A stretch of DNA of 64,000 nucleotides from Bauldia sp. (GCF_965232525.1 NZ_OZ246980.1:3872543-3936542); one strand, 5' to 3'; shown: positions 10,735-21,018, counted from the stretch's first letter. The notes: generated by a model not told the origin, from the letters alone. Numbers and translations: made by a program.

Positions 10735-11070
10735 TCAGATATCGTCGACAAAGGAACGGCCGTCGCGGTCCTCTACCGCGACGATCCAGACATCCGGGTC
10801 GAACTTGGTTTCGCGCGCGATCCGCTCTGTGATGGCCGCTGCGTCCGCGCCTTCCGCCACCCGCTCGAAGCGGCGGTCTGTCGGCCGTTCGTCGTCGAAG
10901 ATGGCCTGCGGCGCCGGCGCATAGAAGTCCGAGGTTCCGTCGAGCCGATCGACGACGATGAAGATCGCGCCAGCTTCGCTCGCCCCCTTGCGCATCACCA
11001 CGGCCATCGCGCCGGCAGCGAAGCACCGGCGAACATAAGCGCCGACCCACAGGGCGCTGGTAACCCGCAT
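10735..11070 (-). CDS. DUF1491 family protein
   Basis: MRVTSALWVGAYVRRC...KG..EAGAIFI.VDRLDG...LY.PAPQ...DPD.WIV.VEDR.G. Confidence 0.85.
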   Translation of the reverse strand: MRVTSALWVGAYVRRCFAAGAMAVVMRKGASEAGAIFIVVDRLDGTSDFYAPAPQAIFDDERPTDRRFERVAEGADAAAITERIARETKFDPDVWIVAVEDRDGRSFVDDI

Positions 11071-11075
11071 CGCCG

Positions 11076-12014
11076 TCAGGTGGATTGGAGCGCACCGATG
11101 GCGATCAGCCGCTCGAGCACGCCGTCATCTGGAGTTCCGGTGATCGGCAATCCGTTGTCGAGTTCGAAACGGCGGATCGCATTGTCGATCGCGTCGCCCG
11201 GCCGGCCGTCTTCGGCGACCGGCCCGTAGCCGATCTGGTTGAGGGCCCTCTGCACGGAGAGATAACGATTGCGCTGGGCGATGTCGGCTGCCGTCGGTAT
11301 CGGCTCCGGCTGTTCCGCCACCGGTTCGCCGACCACCGCTTCGATCGTCTGCGGCGGCTCTGCGGCCGGCGCGGGATTGACCGCGACCGGGGTCGGCTCG
11401 GGCGCCTTCGCCGCCGTCTCGACCGAGGCCGTGGTGATGTGGTCGAGGATGTCGGCGGTTGGCTTGCCGGTCACCGGCAAGCCCTGCGCCTCCTGATAGG
11501 CGACGATCGCGGATTGGGTCCGCGATCCGGAGATACCGTCGATCTTGCCGGAGTAGAGTCCCTGCTCGGCGAGCCGGGCCTGCAGGTCGCGGACCAGTTT
11601 GCGTTCCGGCGCGGGCTCGGGCGGTTGCGGTGCCGGCGTCGGGACCGGAACGGCGGCCTCGATCACCTCCCGCGGTTCGGGTGACGCCTGCGGCTCTACC
11701 GCATCGACCGCAGTCTCGACCCGTGGCCGCGGCACGGGCGGCGCTGCCGCCGGCGTCGTATCCGGCGACACCTCTGCCGTGGTGCCGGGCCGGGTCATGA
11801 ACAGCGGCTCGGGGTGATCGGCGGTCTGAAGGAAGACCGCGTTCGACACAACCGCGATGGCGGTGAGTGCCATGACGACGAATCCGCCGGACATCGCCGG
11901 ATTGTCCATGACTCGGTCGACCAGGCGATCGACCAGGCCGCTCCCGGCGACGATCTCGTCAGGTTCGTCGATCATCTCGACAGGCTCTGCCCGGCTGGCT
12001 CGTCTTTTCGCCAA
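11076..12014 (-). CDS. Membrane-anchored peptidoglycan-binding domain protein (two PG_binding_1 domains)
   Basis: TM segment, Pro/Ala linker, LQARL...GLY.GKIDG..G..T..AI.AYQ...GL.VTG and VQRAL...GYG...DG....AIRRFE...GL.ITG. Confidence 0.85.
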   Translation of the reverse strand: MAKRRASRAEPVEMIDEPDEIVAGSGLVDRLVDRVMDNPAMSGGFVVMALTAIAVVSNAVFLQTADHPEPLFMTRPGTTAEVSPDTTPAAAPPVPRPRVETAVDAVEPQASPEPREVIEAAVPVPTPAPQPPEPAPERKLVRDLQARLAEQGLYSGKIDGISGSRTQSAIVAYQEAQGLPVTGKPTADILDHITTASVETAAKAPEPTPVAVNPAPAAEPPQTIEAVVGEPVAEQPEPIPTAADIAQRNRYLSVQRALNQIGYGPVAEDGRPGDAIDNAIRRFELDNGLPITGTPDDGVLERLIAIGALQST

Positions 12015-12082
12015 GGTTCGATCCTGTTCAGCGACACCCGTTCAGGTGTTCGATATTGGCATAAAACCATGGTCGGTTATGC

Positions 12083-12097
12083 TTAAGGAAAGCTAAA
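12083..12097. promoter_or_regulatory. Candidate CtrA box in the divergent promoter region
   Basis: TTAA-GGAAAGC-TAAA, one mismatch to TTAA-N7-TTAA, about 70 bp upstream of the PG-binding gene. Confidence 0.35.
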
Positions 12098-12227
12098 GAC
12101 GTGGTGGACGCCGCGAACCGACAATGGTTACAATTTTAGACAAATTGCGCCGGAAGTCTGAACCGCACCTTCAGGTGGCGACCCTACGATCGGTGCCACA
12201 TCTCACACGGCGCGAAGAGACGGGCGC

Positions 12228-12572
12228 ATGTTTCTGATCAGGATAGTGTTCTGGCTGTCGATCGTGGTTCTGCTGATGCCGGCGAACCCGGAAACCGGCG
12301 AAGCGCCGCGGGTGACGGTGATGAACGCGATGCTCGCCGCGCGGGCGACGGTCACCGACCTCTCAGGCTTCTGCGAGCGCAACCCCGATGTGTGCGTCAC
12401 CGGCCGGGCCGCGGCTGAGGTTTTTGCGGAGAAAGCCGAGAACGGCGCGCGCATGATCTACCGGTATCTGAGCGACATCCAGGGGAACGAGACCGACACG
12501 CCCCAGGGGACGCTGACCGACGACGATCTGATGCCGACCTGGATCGAACCGACCGACGAAACCGCCGCCTGA
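12228..12572 (+). CDS. DUF5330 domain protein
   Basis: MFLIRIVFWLSIVVLLMP...A...D.SGFCERNPDVC.TG. Confidence 0.8.
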   Translation: MFLIRIVFWLSIVVLLMPANPETGEAPRVTVMNAMLAARATVTDLSGFCERNPDVCVTGRAAAEVFAEKAENGARMIYRYLSDIQGNETDTPQGTLTDDDLMPTWIEPTDETAA

Positions 12573-12642
12573 GGCAAACCGCGGCCGCCGATCGGGCCCC
12601 GCATCGTTTGCGCCGGCTTATGGTTCGGCCTATATCGCCAGA

Positions 12643-13107
12643 ATGGACCAGGCGGTTACTCAGTCACCGGCGATCGACGACATCGTTGCGGATTTCGAGC
12701 TTCTCGACGAGTGGGAGGACCGTTACCGCTACGTGATCGAGTTGGGGCGCAGCCTTGCGCCGCTTGCCGACGACGATCGCACCGAGGCCAACAAGGTGCG
12801 GGGGTGCGCCAGCCAGGTGTGGCTCGCCACCGAACAGGACGGGGCCGGGCCGGACGCGGTGCTTTGCTTTCGCGGCGACAGCGACGCTATGATCGTGCGC
12901 GGGCTGGTCGCCATCGTCATCGCCCTGTTCGGGGATCGGACCGCCGATGAGATCCTCAAGACCGACGCCGAGGCCCTGTTTCAGCGGCTCGATCTCCGCA
13001 GCCACCTGACCGCCCAGCGATCGAATGGCCTCCGGTCGCTGGTCGACCGCATTCGCGCCGACGCGGCTTCAGCCATAGGCGACGCGCCGACCGCGGCGAC
13101 CGGTTAA
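12643..13107 (+). CDS. sufE: SufE family Fe-S sulfur acceptor
   Basis: WEDRYRYVIELGR, NKVRGCASQVWL, GDSDAMIVRGL, HLTAQRSNGL. Confidence 0.92.
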   Translation: MDQAVTQSPAIDDIVADFELLDEWEDRYRYVIELGRSLAPLADDDRTEANKVRGCASQVWLATEQDGAGPDAVLCFRGDSDAMIVRGLVAIVIALFGDRTADEILKTDAEALFQRLDLRSHLTAQRSNGLRSLVDRIRADAASAIGDAPTAATG

Positions 13108-13159
13108 TCCCGGCCGGCGAGCGCGACCGGGCAAGGGTTGGTCGCACTGTCCGACGCCA

Positions 13160-13915
13160 TCACCTGATCGACGGCCGGTAGTCCGCCGTGCCCCAGTGCA
13201 CCTGCCCGCCCTGCAACGGCCCACGGCCGGCCTCGGCAAAGCCGTAGTGCCGGGCGAGGCTTGCGAGCGCCAGACGGATCACCAGCTTGGCCGAGCGTGC
13301 TGGCCAGGATCGTTCTCGCTCGATCCGATCGATCCCTTTGAGGAAGCCGCAGAAATCGACCAGCAGGCCGGCATAGTCCGGCCCGACCGCGTTGAGTGCC
13401 GCTTCGACCCGCCGCCGGGCGGCGATCGTCGCGTCGGCGAGATCGGCGATGCCCTGCCCCTTGCCGCCCCGCCCGCCGCCGCCGAACGCCGACCAGTTGG
13501 TGGTCACGCTCGGCATCAGTTGGCCGCGAGTGAAGTCGGACCGGAACCGCTCGCCGGCGGCGAACTCGGCATCGTTGATCAGCGGCTTGCCCCCACGTCC
13601 GCGACTACGCCGCAATCGCGCCAGCGGGCTTTCGCCCGCGTTGCGCATCACCTTACGCCGACCGACATTCGGCTCTTCGATGACGGTGGCTTCGACATCC
13701 TGGCTGGGAGCGTCATAGCCGCGCAGCGCCTCGCGCCTGAGATGGGAAAGGCCGGCCGGCGTCAGAACGACCGAGTCGCCCTCCCGACGTAACAACCCCC
13801 GGGCGATTAGGTGCGGCACGCCAACACCGTCTTCGCCCGAACCGTTTCGATCGTGCGCGCCGGCTCCCTTGATCGCCGCCTTCAGCGCCCTGGTGATCGC
13901 GTTGTTGTCAGCCAC
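13160..13915 (-). CDS. DUF6456 domain protein
   Basis: N.GESPLARL, AAGERFRSDF, VT.NW, ERERSWPARSAKLVIRLAL..LARHYG. Confidence 0.8.
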   Translation of the reverse strand: MADNNAITRALKAAIKGAGAHDRNGSGEDGVGVPHLIARGLLRREGDSVVLTPAGLSHLRREALRGYDAPSQDVEATVIEEPNVGRRKVMRNAGESPLARLRRSRGRGGKPLINDAEFAAGERFRSDFTRGQLMPSVTTNWSAFGGGGRGGKGQGIADLADATIAARRRVEAALNAVGPDYAGLLVDFCGFLKGIDRIERERSWPARSAKLVIRLALASLARHYGFAEAGRGPLQGGQVHWGTADYRPSIR

Positions 13916-14321
13916 GGTGACGCACCTCCGCGACCATCGGGATCACCAGCGGGCATGAATCGAGCGCGCGCTCCAGATAGGCGACGATGGCGTCGATTCT
14001 CGGATCGTCGCGACTCTCCTCGACCTGCCGGCAGCCATGGCGGGCCGTGGTCCGGTCGCGATCGAACAACCGGCCTGCGCCGACATAAGATAATCCGAAC
14101 CGGGTGTAGGCCAGGTACATGGCCACTTGTCGGGCGAAGGCGACGTCGGCGCGCCCCCGGCCCGGCTCGCCGAGCACGTCCGGATGCAGGCCGAACGCCG
14201 CTGCCACGATGGTTTGTAAAAAAGGGCGCATGGCGCCCGGGCTGTGTCTCCATATCCGGCAACCGCCATTTCCGACCGCTGCCTCGCGTCGTAATTCAAG
14301 ACTCGACATACGCTTCCCCAA
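13908..14321 (-). CDS. Helix-turn-helix protein with DnaA C-terminal-like domain
   Basis: RGRADVAFARQVAMYLA...G.LF.RDRTTARHGCRQVE..RDD; start uncertain. Confidence 0.75.
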   Translation of the reverse strand: MGKRMSSLELRREAAVGNGGCRIWRHSPGAMRPFLQTIVAAAFGLHPDVLGEPGRGRADVAFARQVAMYLAYTRFGLSYVGAGRLFDRDRTTARHGCRQVEESRDDPRIDAIVAYLERALDSCPLVIPMVAEVRHRG

Positions 14322-14541
14322 CTCGCACCAGATTGTTGCAGGATTTTATTCCTTGCCTACAATAACCCATACGGCGGCAACGGGGATAACTTTCAATATA
14401 TATACTTACCGAACACAACCTGAGGTTTCTTCAGCGCCACGTCGATACCGACGCAATCCGTCGTTTCCTGTGGAAAATGGATAGACGGGCCACCCCATCT
14501 CCCGCCGAATCGCAATTCCGGTAGCGCCGGCGCAAAAACAA

Positions 14542-14568
14542 AACCGCCGCCAAATTTTGGCGGCGGTT
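14542..14568 (-). terminator. Rho-independent terminator downstream of mucR
   Basis: AACCGCCGCCAAA-T-TTTGGCGGCGGTT inverted repeat followed on the minus strand by TTGTTTTT. Confidence 0.75.
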
Positions 14569-14596
14569 AAGCAGAGTTTGCCGTGTCGAGCTGGGA

Positions 14597-15013
14597 TCAG
14601 CTACGACGCCGACGCTGTTGGCCGAGGCCCATTTTCTTTGCGAGTGCTGAGCGAGCTGCCGCATAGTTCGGCGCCACCATGGGATAATCGGCCGCCAAAC
14701 CCCATTTTTCGCGGTACTCTTCCGGCGAAAGATCGTAATGGGTCCGAAGATGACGCTTGAGTGACTTGAACTTCTTGCCGTCCTCAAGACAAATGATGTA
14801 GTCGGGGAACACCGACTTCTTCGGATTCACCGCCGGCTTCGGCGGTTCAGGCTCTGGTTGATTCATCCCCTGATGTGTGCTGCTGAGCGCTCGATGAACC
14901 TCAGATATAAGCACCGGCAATTCTTGAGCCGGTACCGGATTATTGGTAACATACGCTGATACTATTTCAGCCGCCAAGTCTATCAGGTCGGCATCAGCAG
15001 TTTGATCGTCCAT
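14597..15013 (-). CDS. mucR: MucR/Ros zinc-finger regulator
   Basis: [41 protein letters not shown]...[29 protein letters not shown]. Confidence 0.97.
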   Translation of the reverse strand: MDDQTADADLIDLAAEIVSAYVTNNPVPAQELPVLISEVHRALSSTHQGMNQPEPEPPKPAVNPKKSVFPDYIICLEDGKKFKSLKRHLRTHYDLSPEEYREKWGLAADYPMVAPNYAAARSALAKKMGLGQQRRRRS

Positions 15014-15342
15014 GGTTCACCTTGTCCTTTTTGAGCACAATTTCGACATAATGCCTCAACGGGCGGCATCGAAAACTTGAGGTCTCGATTGCGTGTTGAA
15101 CCCCACAACAACACGATTCACCCGTAAGACATCAGTCGCACGGTCCGTATAGTGTCAATCTTTTACAAATACAAGGCCCGCTAAGCGACTTTTATAAGTT
15201 TTAATGTTAGTTCCGCACACTATGCAAATTGCACAAATAGTTGGCGAAAAGACAATCTCTCATGAAGTCCACTGACGCAATGATGTTCTAGATCCTTGAT
15301 TAAGCGAATCGGAAAGCACCACGATAGGTCACACGTCGATCG

Positions 15343-17043
15343 CTATCTGAGGTAGTAGAAGAGCATATAGGCTGCGAGTAAAAACACCGCCCAGAAGGCC
15401 ATGCTTCCCGTCGGCCAAGCCCTCGCCAGAACACCGGCCGGGCCGTGATGACGATAGATCGTCTGTACCGCCCGCTCTGCTGTTCGCCGGACACGGCCCA
15501 CAGCACTTACCGCGGCCCGTCCTGACTTGCCATTGAGGAGACGGACCAGAGCCGGCCCGCCGCGCCGCCAAAACCAGTCGACGTCAAGAGTCACTGTCGC
15601 CGCTGGTCTCAGCCAGCCAAGCATTAGGACGAACGCGAGCGCCGCGAACAAGAGAAGCTGCAGTTGGGTGATGACGTGGCTGGCGGAGTACGGCGCGGAA
15701 TCGACTGGGAACGGCAGAATCGCAAACAACGCGGCCGGGAAGATGCCGATCCCGATACACAGGGCCGAGAACAGGATCATTGCGGCGCGCATGGTCAGTG
15801 GCGGATCCGGAGGTCTGAGGTCAGACGTGCGATTGAAGAACACGAACCAAGGGAGCTTCAGCCCGGCATAAAGAAAGCTACCGGCCGAAGCGGCGGTCAG
15901 CAACAACCAGACTACCATGTTCTTGTCGAGCCCGACACCGTCGGAGATCATCGACTTGGAGATGAATCCCGAGGTCAGTGGAAAGGCCGAGATCGATAGG
16001 GCGCCGATGATCCCGCAGATCGCGGTGATCGGCATCGTGGCGTACAGACCACCGAGCTCTGTCATCTTGGTCCGCCCGGTCATCATCATCACCGAGCCGG
16101 CCGACATCAGAAGCAATGCCTTGTAGATGATGTGGATGAAGGCGTGCGCCGCGGCTCCGTTCAGCGCGAGTTCGTTGCCGACGCCGATCGCGGTCACCAT
16201 GAATCCCACCTGGCTGACGATGGAATAGGACAACAGCCGCCGGATGTCGTTTTCGCGAATGGCGTAGATGATCCCGTAGAACATCATGATCAGGCCGAGC
16301 CAGATCAGGATTTCGGCGCCGGGGAAACCGCGCAGCAGGACGTAGACGGCAGTCTTTGTCGTGAAGGCCGACAGGAACACCGTGCCGGACCACGTCGCCT
16401 GGGGATAGGCGTCCGGGAGCCAGGCGGAGACAGGCCACGCTCCGGCGTTGATCAGGAAGCCGGCGAGGATCAGCCACGCCGCCGGTGACTCGAGGCTCAT
16501 GGCGGTGAAGGCGATCGAACCGGTATCGCCGATGTGGCCGGCGATGCCGGCCATCAGCAGCACACCGCCGAGCAGATGGATGACGATGTAGCGCTGGCCG
16601 GCGGCGCGGGCGCTCTTGCCGGCGATCCACACGATCATCGTCGAGCAGATCGCCATCAGTTCCCAGAACACGAAGACCGTGATCAGGTCGCCGGCGAAGA
16701 TCACGCCGAGCGACGACCCGCCATACATGAAGGCGAGCGGGATCTCGACCAGTCGCTCTTGACGCAGCGCGAACAAGCCGCCACCGAACACCGCCAGACA
16801 GAACACCGTGCCGAACAAGCGACTGAGGGCATCGGAGCGGAAGGGGACGAGTTCGTAGCCGAGCCAGGCGATCGGGCGGGCGCCGTCCGGCAGCGACCAG
16901 ATCAACGCCAGCACGACCAGCGGCGCAGCCAGGATGACTGCGTCGCGGACGGTACCCCGGAGCCAGATGAGAACGATACCGGCCGCAATCAGGACAAGCC
17001 CTGGCAACAGCACCGGCAGGAGCAGGCCGAGGCTAGGTGTCAT
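15343..17043 (-). CDS. Mrp/Mnh antiporter subunit D-like (proton-conducting transporter), third paralog
   Basis: Multi-TM; FWELM, LPDAYP...G.VFLSAFTTK, RRLLSYS..SQVG. Start moved to ATG 17043. Confidence 0.88.
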   Translation of the reverse strand: MTPSLGLLLPVLLPGLVLIAAGIVLIWLRGTVRDAVILAAPLVVLALIWSLPDGARPIAWLGYELVPFRSDALSRLFGTVFCLAVFGGGLFALRQERLVEIPLAFMYGGSSLGVIFAGDLITVFVFWELMAICSTMIVWIAGKSARAAGQRYIVIHLLGGVLLMAGIAGHIGDTGSIAFTAMSLESPAAWLILAGFLINAGAWPVSAWLPDAYPQATWSGTVFLSAFTTKTAVYVLLRGFPGAEILIWLGLIMMFYGIIYAIRENDIRRLLSYSIVSQVGFMVTAIGVGNELALNGAAAHAFIHIIYKALLLMSAGSVMMMTGRTKMTELGGLYATMPITAICGIIGALSISAFPLTSGFISKSMISDGVGLDKNMVVWLLLTAASAGSFLYAGLKLPWFVFFNRTSDLRPPDPPLTMRAAMILFSALCIGIGIFPAALFAILPFPVDSAPYSASHVITQLQLLLFAALAFVLMLGWLRPAATVTLDVDWFWRRGGPALVRLLNGKSGRAAVSAVGRVRRTAERAVQTIYRHHGPAGVLARAWPTGSMAFWAVFLLAAYMLFYYLR

Positions 17044-17287
17044 AATAGGTGTCCCTTCGCCCCAGAACGACGCCCAGCACCCTGGCCACGACGACAATCG
17101 CGATGCTGCTCAGAAAGCCGAACCAGGCGTAGAAGCCGAGGGTTCCATCGATACCGAACTTGCCCTCCCGTTCGACGATCAAGAACTCGAAACCGACCAG
17201 CGCCGCCAGAATGACGACGAAGACGATCCCGAACACGCGGAGCGGACCGGGGCGGATCAGTTGACGGTCGTCGTTATTCATCGACAT
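17033..17287 (-). CDS. Small two-TM membrane protein of the mrp operon
   Basis: Two hydrophobic segments, GFYAWFGF, overlaps both neighbours. Confidence 0.7.
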   Translation of the reverse strand: MSMNNDDRQLIRPGPLRVFGIVFVVILAALVGFEFLIVEREGKFGIDGTLGFYAWFGFLSSIAIVVVARVLGVVLGRRDTYYDT

Positions 17288-18746
17288 CGGGTGACAGCTC
17301 CCCGGTTAGGCGTTCGGCGAGATCGAAGGGTACGTCCGGCACCAGGAACAAGACGACGGTCAGGATCGCCGTGAAGGTCAGCGAAACGACCATCGGCCAG
17401 GGTGACTCGGTCACGTTCTGCTTGCCACCGCTCCCGCGAAACGCGCGATAGACAATCGGCAGAAAGTAGCCCGCGTTAAGTACCGTCGAAAAGACAATGA
17501 CCGCGACCGCGAACCACTGCTCGATGGATACGGCAGCGATCAGGATGAACCATTTGCCGAGGAATCCGGCGGTCGGCGGCACGCCGATCATCGACAGGGA
17601 ACCGATGGCAAAGGCCCCCATGGTCCATGGCATCTTGCGCCCGACGCCGTTCATCTCGCTGATGTTGTCGACATGGGCGCCGACATGGACCGAGCCGGCG
17701 GCAAAGAACAGGGTGATCTTGGAGACCGCATGGGCGGCGATATGGAGCACTGCGCCGAGGATCGCCAGCGGCGTGAACAGCGCTGCGCCCATTACCACAT
17801 AGGACAATTGGCTCACGGTCGAGTAGGCCAGTCGTCGCTTGAGATTGTCCTGCTGCAGAGCGATCAACGAGGCGGCGACGATCGTGACGCCCGCGACGTA
17901 GAGTAGCCAGTCGCCGGTACCCGCCTCCGCCAATGTCTCGACACCGAAGACATAGACGATCACCTTGACGATCGTGAACACGCCGGCCTTGACCACGGCG
18001 ACGGCATGGAGGAGCGCCGACACCGGCGTTGGCGCCACCATCGCCGCCGGCAGCCAGAGGTGGAGCGGCATCACCGCCGCCTTGGCGATGCCGAACACGA
18101 ACAGCGCGAGCAGAATGCCGAGCGAGACGTCCGACATGGTCCCGCCCAGAATGCCCCCCGGCTCGAAGTCCAGGGTTCCGGTCGCAACCAGCGTCCAGGC
18201 GATCGCCGGGAAGAGCAGGATGGTCGACGCACCCAGCAGGAACATCATGTAGACCCGGCCGGACTTGCGCGCGTGCTCGGTGCCCTTGTGGGTGACCAGC
18301 GGATAGGTGGAGATCGTGAGGATCTCGTAGAAGACAAACAGCGTGAACAGATTGCCGGCGAACGCGACACCCATGGTCGCGGCGAGCGCGATCGCGAAAC
18401 ACACATAGAAAAGGGTCTGCCGGTGGGCGGCCTCGGCCCGCATATAGCCGATCGAATAGACCGAGTTGGCGATCCACAGACCCGACGCGATCAGCGCGAA
18501 GAGCATCCCCAGCGGCTCGACGGAAAAAGCGATGGTCAGCCCCGGCACCACCGTCCAGACCTCGAGCGCCGGTTCGCCACCGGCAAGCACCTCAGGCAGC
18601 AACTGGACGACGACGTAGAACAGCGCCACTGCCCCCGACAGGGTCACCGCCTCGCGGATGTTCGGCCGTCCGTCGAATAAGGGCAGCAGCACCGCGACGG
18701 CGGTGGGGACGATGAGGGCGAGTGCGATGAGGGTTGCCGGCGTCAT
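17274..18746 (-). CDS. mrpD: Mrp/Mnh antiporter subunit D family, second paralog
   Basis: FYEILT..TYPLV.H, WLPAAMVAPTPVSALLHAVAVVKAG, KRRLAYSTVSQLSY. Confidence 0.9.
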   Translation of the reverse strand: MTPATLIALALIVPTAVAVLLPLFDGRPNIREAVTLSGAVALFYVVVQLLPEVLAGGEPALEVWTVVPGLTIAFSVEPLGMLFALIASGLWIANSVYSIGYMRAEAAHRQTLFYVCFAIALAATMGVAFAGNLFTLFVFYEILTISTYPLVTHKGTEHARKSGRVYMMFLLGASTILLFPAIAWTLVATGTLDFEPGGILGGTMSDVSLGILLALFVFGIAKAAVMPLHLWLPAAMVAPTPVSALLHAVAVVKAGVFTIVKVIVYVFGVETLAEAGTGDWLLYVAGVTIVAASLIALQQDNLKRRLAYSTVSQLSYVVMGAALFTPLAILGAVLHIAAHAVSKITLFFAAGSVHVGAHVDNISEMNGVGRKMPWTMGAFAIGSLSMIGVPPTAGFLGKWFILIAAVSIEQWFAVAVIVFSTVLNAGYFLPIVYRAFRGSGGKQNVTESPWPMVVSLTFTAILTVVLFLVPDVPFDLAERLTGELSPDVDE

Positions 18747-20224
18747 CGGATCCCCGCCAGCAGCGCTTCGGCCGCCCGTTCGGACATGGCGGCGGTCAGC
18801 TCGGTGTCGATGCCGAAATAGATGGTGGCCAGCGACAGGATCCAGATCGGCGCCAAGGTCCCGAACGATGCCTCCTTGGCCTCGGCCGCCGGCCCGGTCG
18901 GCTCACGGAACCAGACGCATTCCATGAAACGGCCGACATAGATGACGGTCAGCATCGACGAGAGCACGATCAGAAAGGCCAGCCACCACCAGCCGACCTC
19001 CCACGACGCCACCACCAGGTACCATTTGGAGATGAAGCCGGCGGTTCCCGGTACGCCGACCAGGCTGAGACAGGCGATCATCACCGCGCTCATCGTCAGC
19101 GGCATGCGGCGGCCGATCCCCGCCGCGCCGGAATAGTCGATCGCCTGGATGCGGTAGAAGATCGCCCCGAGCCCCATGAAGATCGCCGCCTTGACCATGG
19201 CGTGGTTGAGCAGGTGCACCAGGCCGCCGGTCAGGCCGGTGACCGTCGCGATGGCGAAGCCGAGGGTGATGTAGCCGACCTGACCGACCGACGAATAGGC
19301 GAACATCCGCTTCAGGTCGGACTGGAAGATCGCCACCGTCGAGGCGCCGAAGATCGCGGCCACCGACAGCCCGATCAGGATCGGGGTGACCGGCAGCTCT
19401 GAGAAGACGAAGCCGGCGCCGAACACCGAGAAGACGTAGCGGGCGAACAGGTAGAGCGCGACCTTGGTCGCCGTCGCCGCCAGGAACACGGTGGTGAACG
19501 ACGGCGCGTAGGCATAGGCATTCGGCAGCCAGACATAGAGCGGGAATAGCGCGATCTTGAGGCTCAGCCCGACGACGATGAACGCCAGCGCCACCAGCAC
19601 CGGTCGTGTGGTCTCGACGTCGACGATCCGCTCGGCGATGAGCGAGATGTTGAGCGTCCCGGTCATCATGTAAAGGAGGCCGACGCCGATCACGTAGAAC
19701 GACGCGCCCATCGTGCCCATGATCAGGTACTGGTACGCCGCGACCAACGACCGGCGATCGCGCCCCATGGCGATCATCGCGTAGCTCGACAGCGACGAGA
19801 TCTCGAGGAACACGAACGCGTTGAAGGCGTCGTTGGTGATGGCGATGCCAAGCAGCCCGGCCATCGCCGTAAGGTACATGGAGTAGAACCACGCGACCCG
19901 GCCTTCCGGTACTTCGGAGAGCACGCTGAGGCGGGCGAACGGCGCGATCACCCCGGCGACCGCCGAGACCAGCAGCAGGATCAGCGCATTGGCGATGTCG
20001 ATCCGGTACTCGATACCGAGCGACCGGTCCCAGCCGCCGAGCTCGTACGTCACCACCCCTTCGTTGAGCACGCGCAGGAACAGCATCGCCGAGATGACCG
20101 GCATGGCGATGCTGACCACCATGGTGACCAGCCACGCCGGACCGGGCCGACGCACCATCGCGGCGAGAAGTGCCCCGAATAGCGGTACGATGACCTGAAG
20201 GGCGGGCAGTTGCTCGCCGATCAA
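18743..20224 (-). CDS. mrpD: Mrp/Mnh antiporter subunit D family
   Basis: TTG start at 20224 overlapping the mrpC stop (TTGA); FNAFVFLEISSL, WLPNAY..AP, KRMFAYSSVGQ. Confidence 0.9.
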   Translation of the reverse strand: MIGEQLPALQVIVPLFGALLAAMVRRPGPAWLVTMVVSIAMPVISAMLFLRVLNEGVVTYELGGWDRSLGIEYRIDIANALILLLVSAVAGVIAPFARLSVLSEVPEGRVAWFYSMYLTAMAGLLGIAITNDAFNAFVFLEISSLSSYAMIAMGRDRRSLVAAYQYLIMGTMGASFYVIGVGLLYMMTGTLNISLIAERIVDVETTRPVLVALAFIVVGLSLKIALFPLYVWLPNAYAYAPSFTTVFLAATATKVALYLFARYVFSVFGAGFVFSELPVTPILIGLSVAAIFGASTVAIFQSDLKRMFAYSSVGQVGYITLGFAIATVTGLTGGLVHLLNHAMVKAAIFMGLGAIFYRIQAIDYSGAAGIGRRMPLTMSAVMIACLSLVGVPGTAGFISKWYLVVASWEVGWWWLAFLIVLSSMLTVIYVGRFMECVWFREPTGPAAEAKEASFGTLAPIWILSLATIYFGIDTELTAAMSERAAEALLAGIR

Positions 20225-20598
20225 GGTTCGTCTTCCCGCTCGAAGATTTCGTCTTCCTCGATCGTGCCGTACGCCTCGTTGATGCGCACCACCAGGGCGA
20301 GACCGACCGCGAGCGTCGCGATGCCGACGACGATCGCCGTCAGGATCAGGACGTGCGGCAGCGGATGGGTATAGACGGTGAAGTCCTTGTCGATGATCGG
20401 CGGCGTTCCGCCCAGAATCTTGCCGGCCGACAGGTAGAGCAGGAAGACCGAGCTCTGGAACATGGTGAGCCCGATCAGCTTCTTCACCATGTTGCCGCGG
20501 GCGATCACGATGTAGAGGCCCGAGACCATCAGGAACACCGTGACCCACTGGTTGTAGTGGGCGACCAGCCCGCCGGCGAGATTGACGAGTTCGTTCAT
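20221..20598 (-). CDS. mrpC: Mrp antiporter subunit C
   Basis: ATG 20598 (ATGA overlap); N.VKKLIGL..FQ.SVFL, PLPHVLILTAIVVG.AT.AVGLAL. Confidence 0.9.
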   Translation of the reverse strand: MNELVNLAGGLVAHYNQWVTVFLMVSGLYIVIARGNMVKKLIGLTMFQSSVFLLYLSAGKILGGTPPIIDKDFTVYTHPLPHVLILTAIVVGIATLAVGLALVVRINEAYGTIEEDEIFEREDEP

Positions 20599-21014
20599 TT
20601 CCGCCCTCGCCCGGCGAATGCGTAGAAGATCGCCACCATGGTCGAGCTGACGGTCACGAAGACGCCGATCTCCACCAGAAACACGCCCCATTCCTGGCTG
20701 TGGGGCATGTCGTAGGAGAGCTTGGAGTAGTCGAGATAGTTGAGGCCGGTGAGCCATCCGAGCACGCCGACGCCGGCGAAGATTAAGACGCCAAGCGGGA
20801 TCATCGCCTCGACCAGCCCGGGGCGCACCAACCGCATCGCCGCGTTGAGGCCGTAGATGAGCGCGTAGAGAATGACGCCCGCGGCCGCGATCACCCCGGC
20901 CTGGAACCCGCCGCCGGCGCTGTAGTCGGCGTGGAACTGCACATAGAGCGCGAACACGAAGACAAACGGCAGGATGAACTTGGTAACGACCCGGAGGATG
21001 ACGTCCAATCGCAT
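20595..21014 (-). CDS. mrpB: Mrp antiporter subunit B
   Basis: H..YSAGGGFQAG, VEIGVFVTV. Confidence 0.9.
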   Translation of the reverse strand: MRLDVILRVVTKFILPFVFVFALYVQFHADYSAGGGFQAGVIAAAGVILYALIYGLNAAMRLVRPGLVEAMIPLGVLIFAGVGVLGWLTGLNYLDYSKLSYDMPHSQEWGVFLVEIGVFVTVSSTMVAIFYAFAGRGRK

Positions 21015-21018
21015 GGCG

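Noticed and set aside
20225-20548. MrpC-MrpD fusion or a 601-aa MrpD, and the long ORFs 21019..21975, 21534..22304, 21896..22477
   Set aside because: The extra N-terminal parts are off-frame readings of the upstream mrp genes; overlapping start/stop junctions define the true boundaries.
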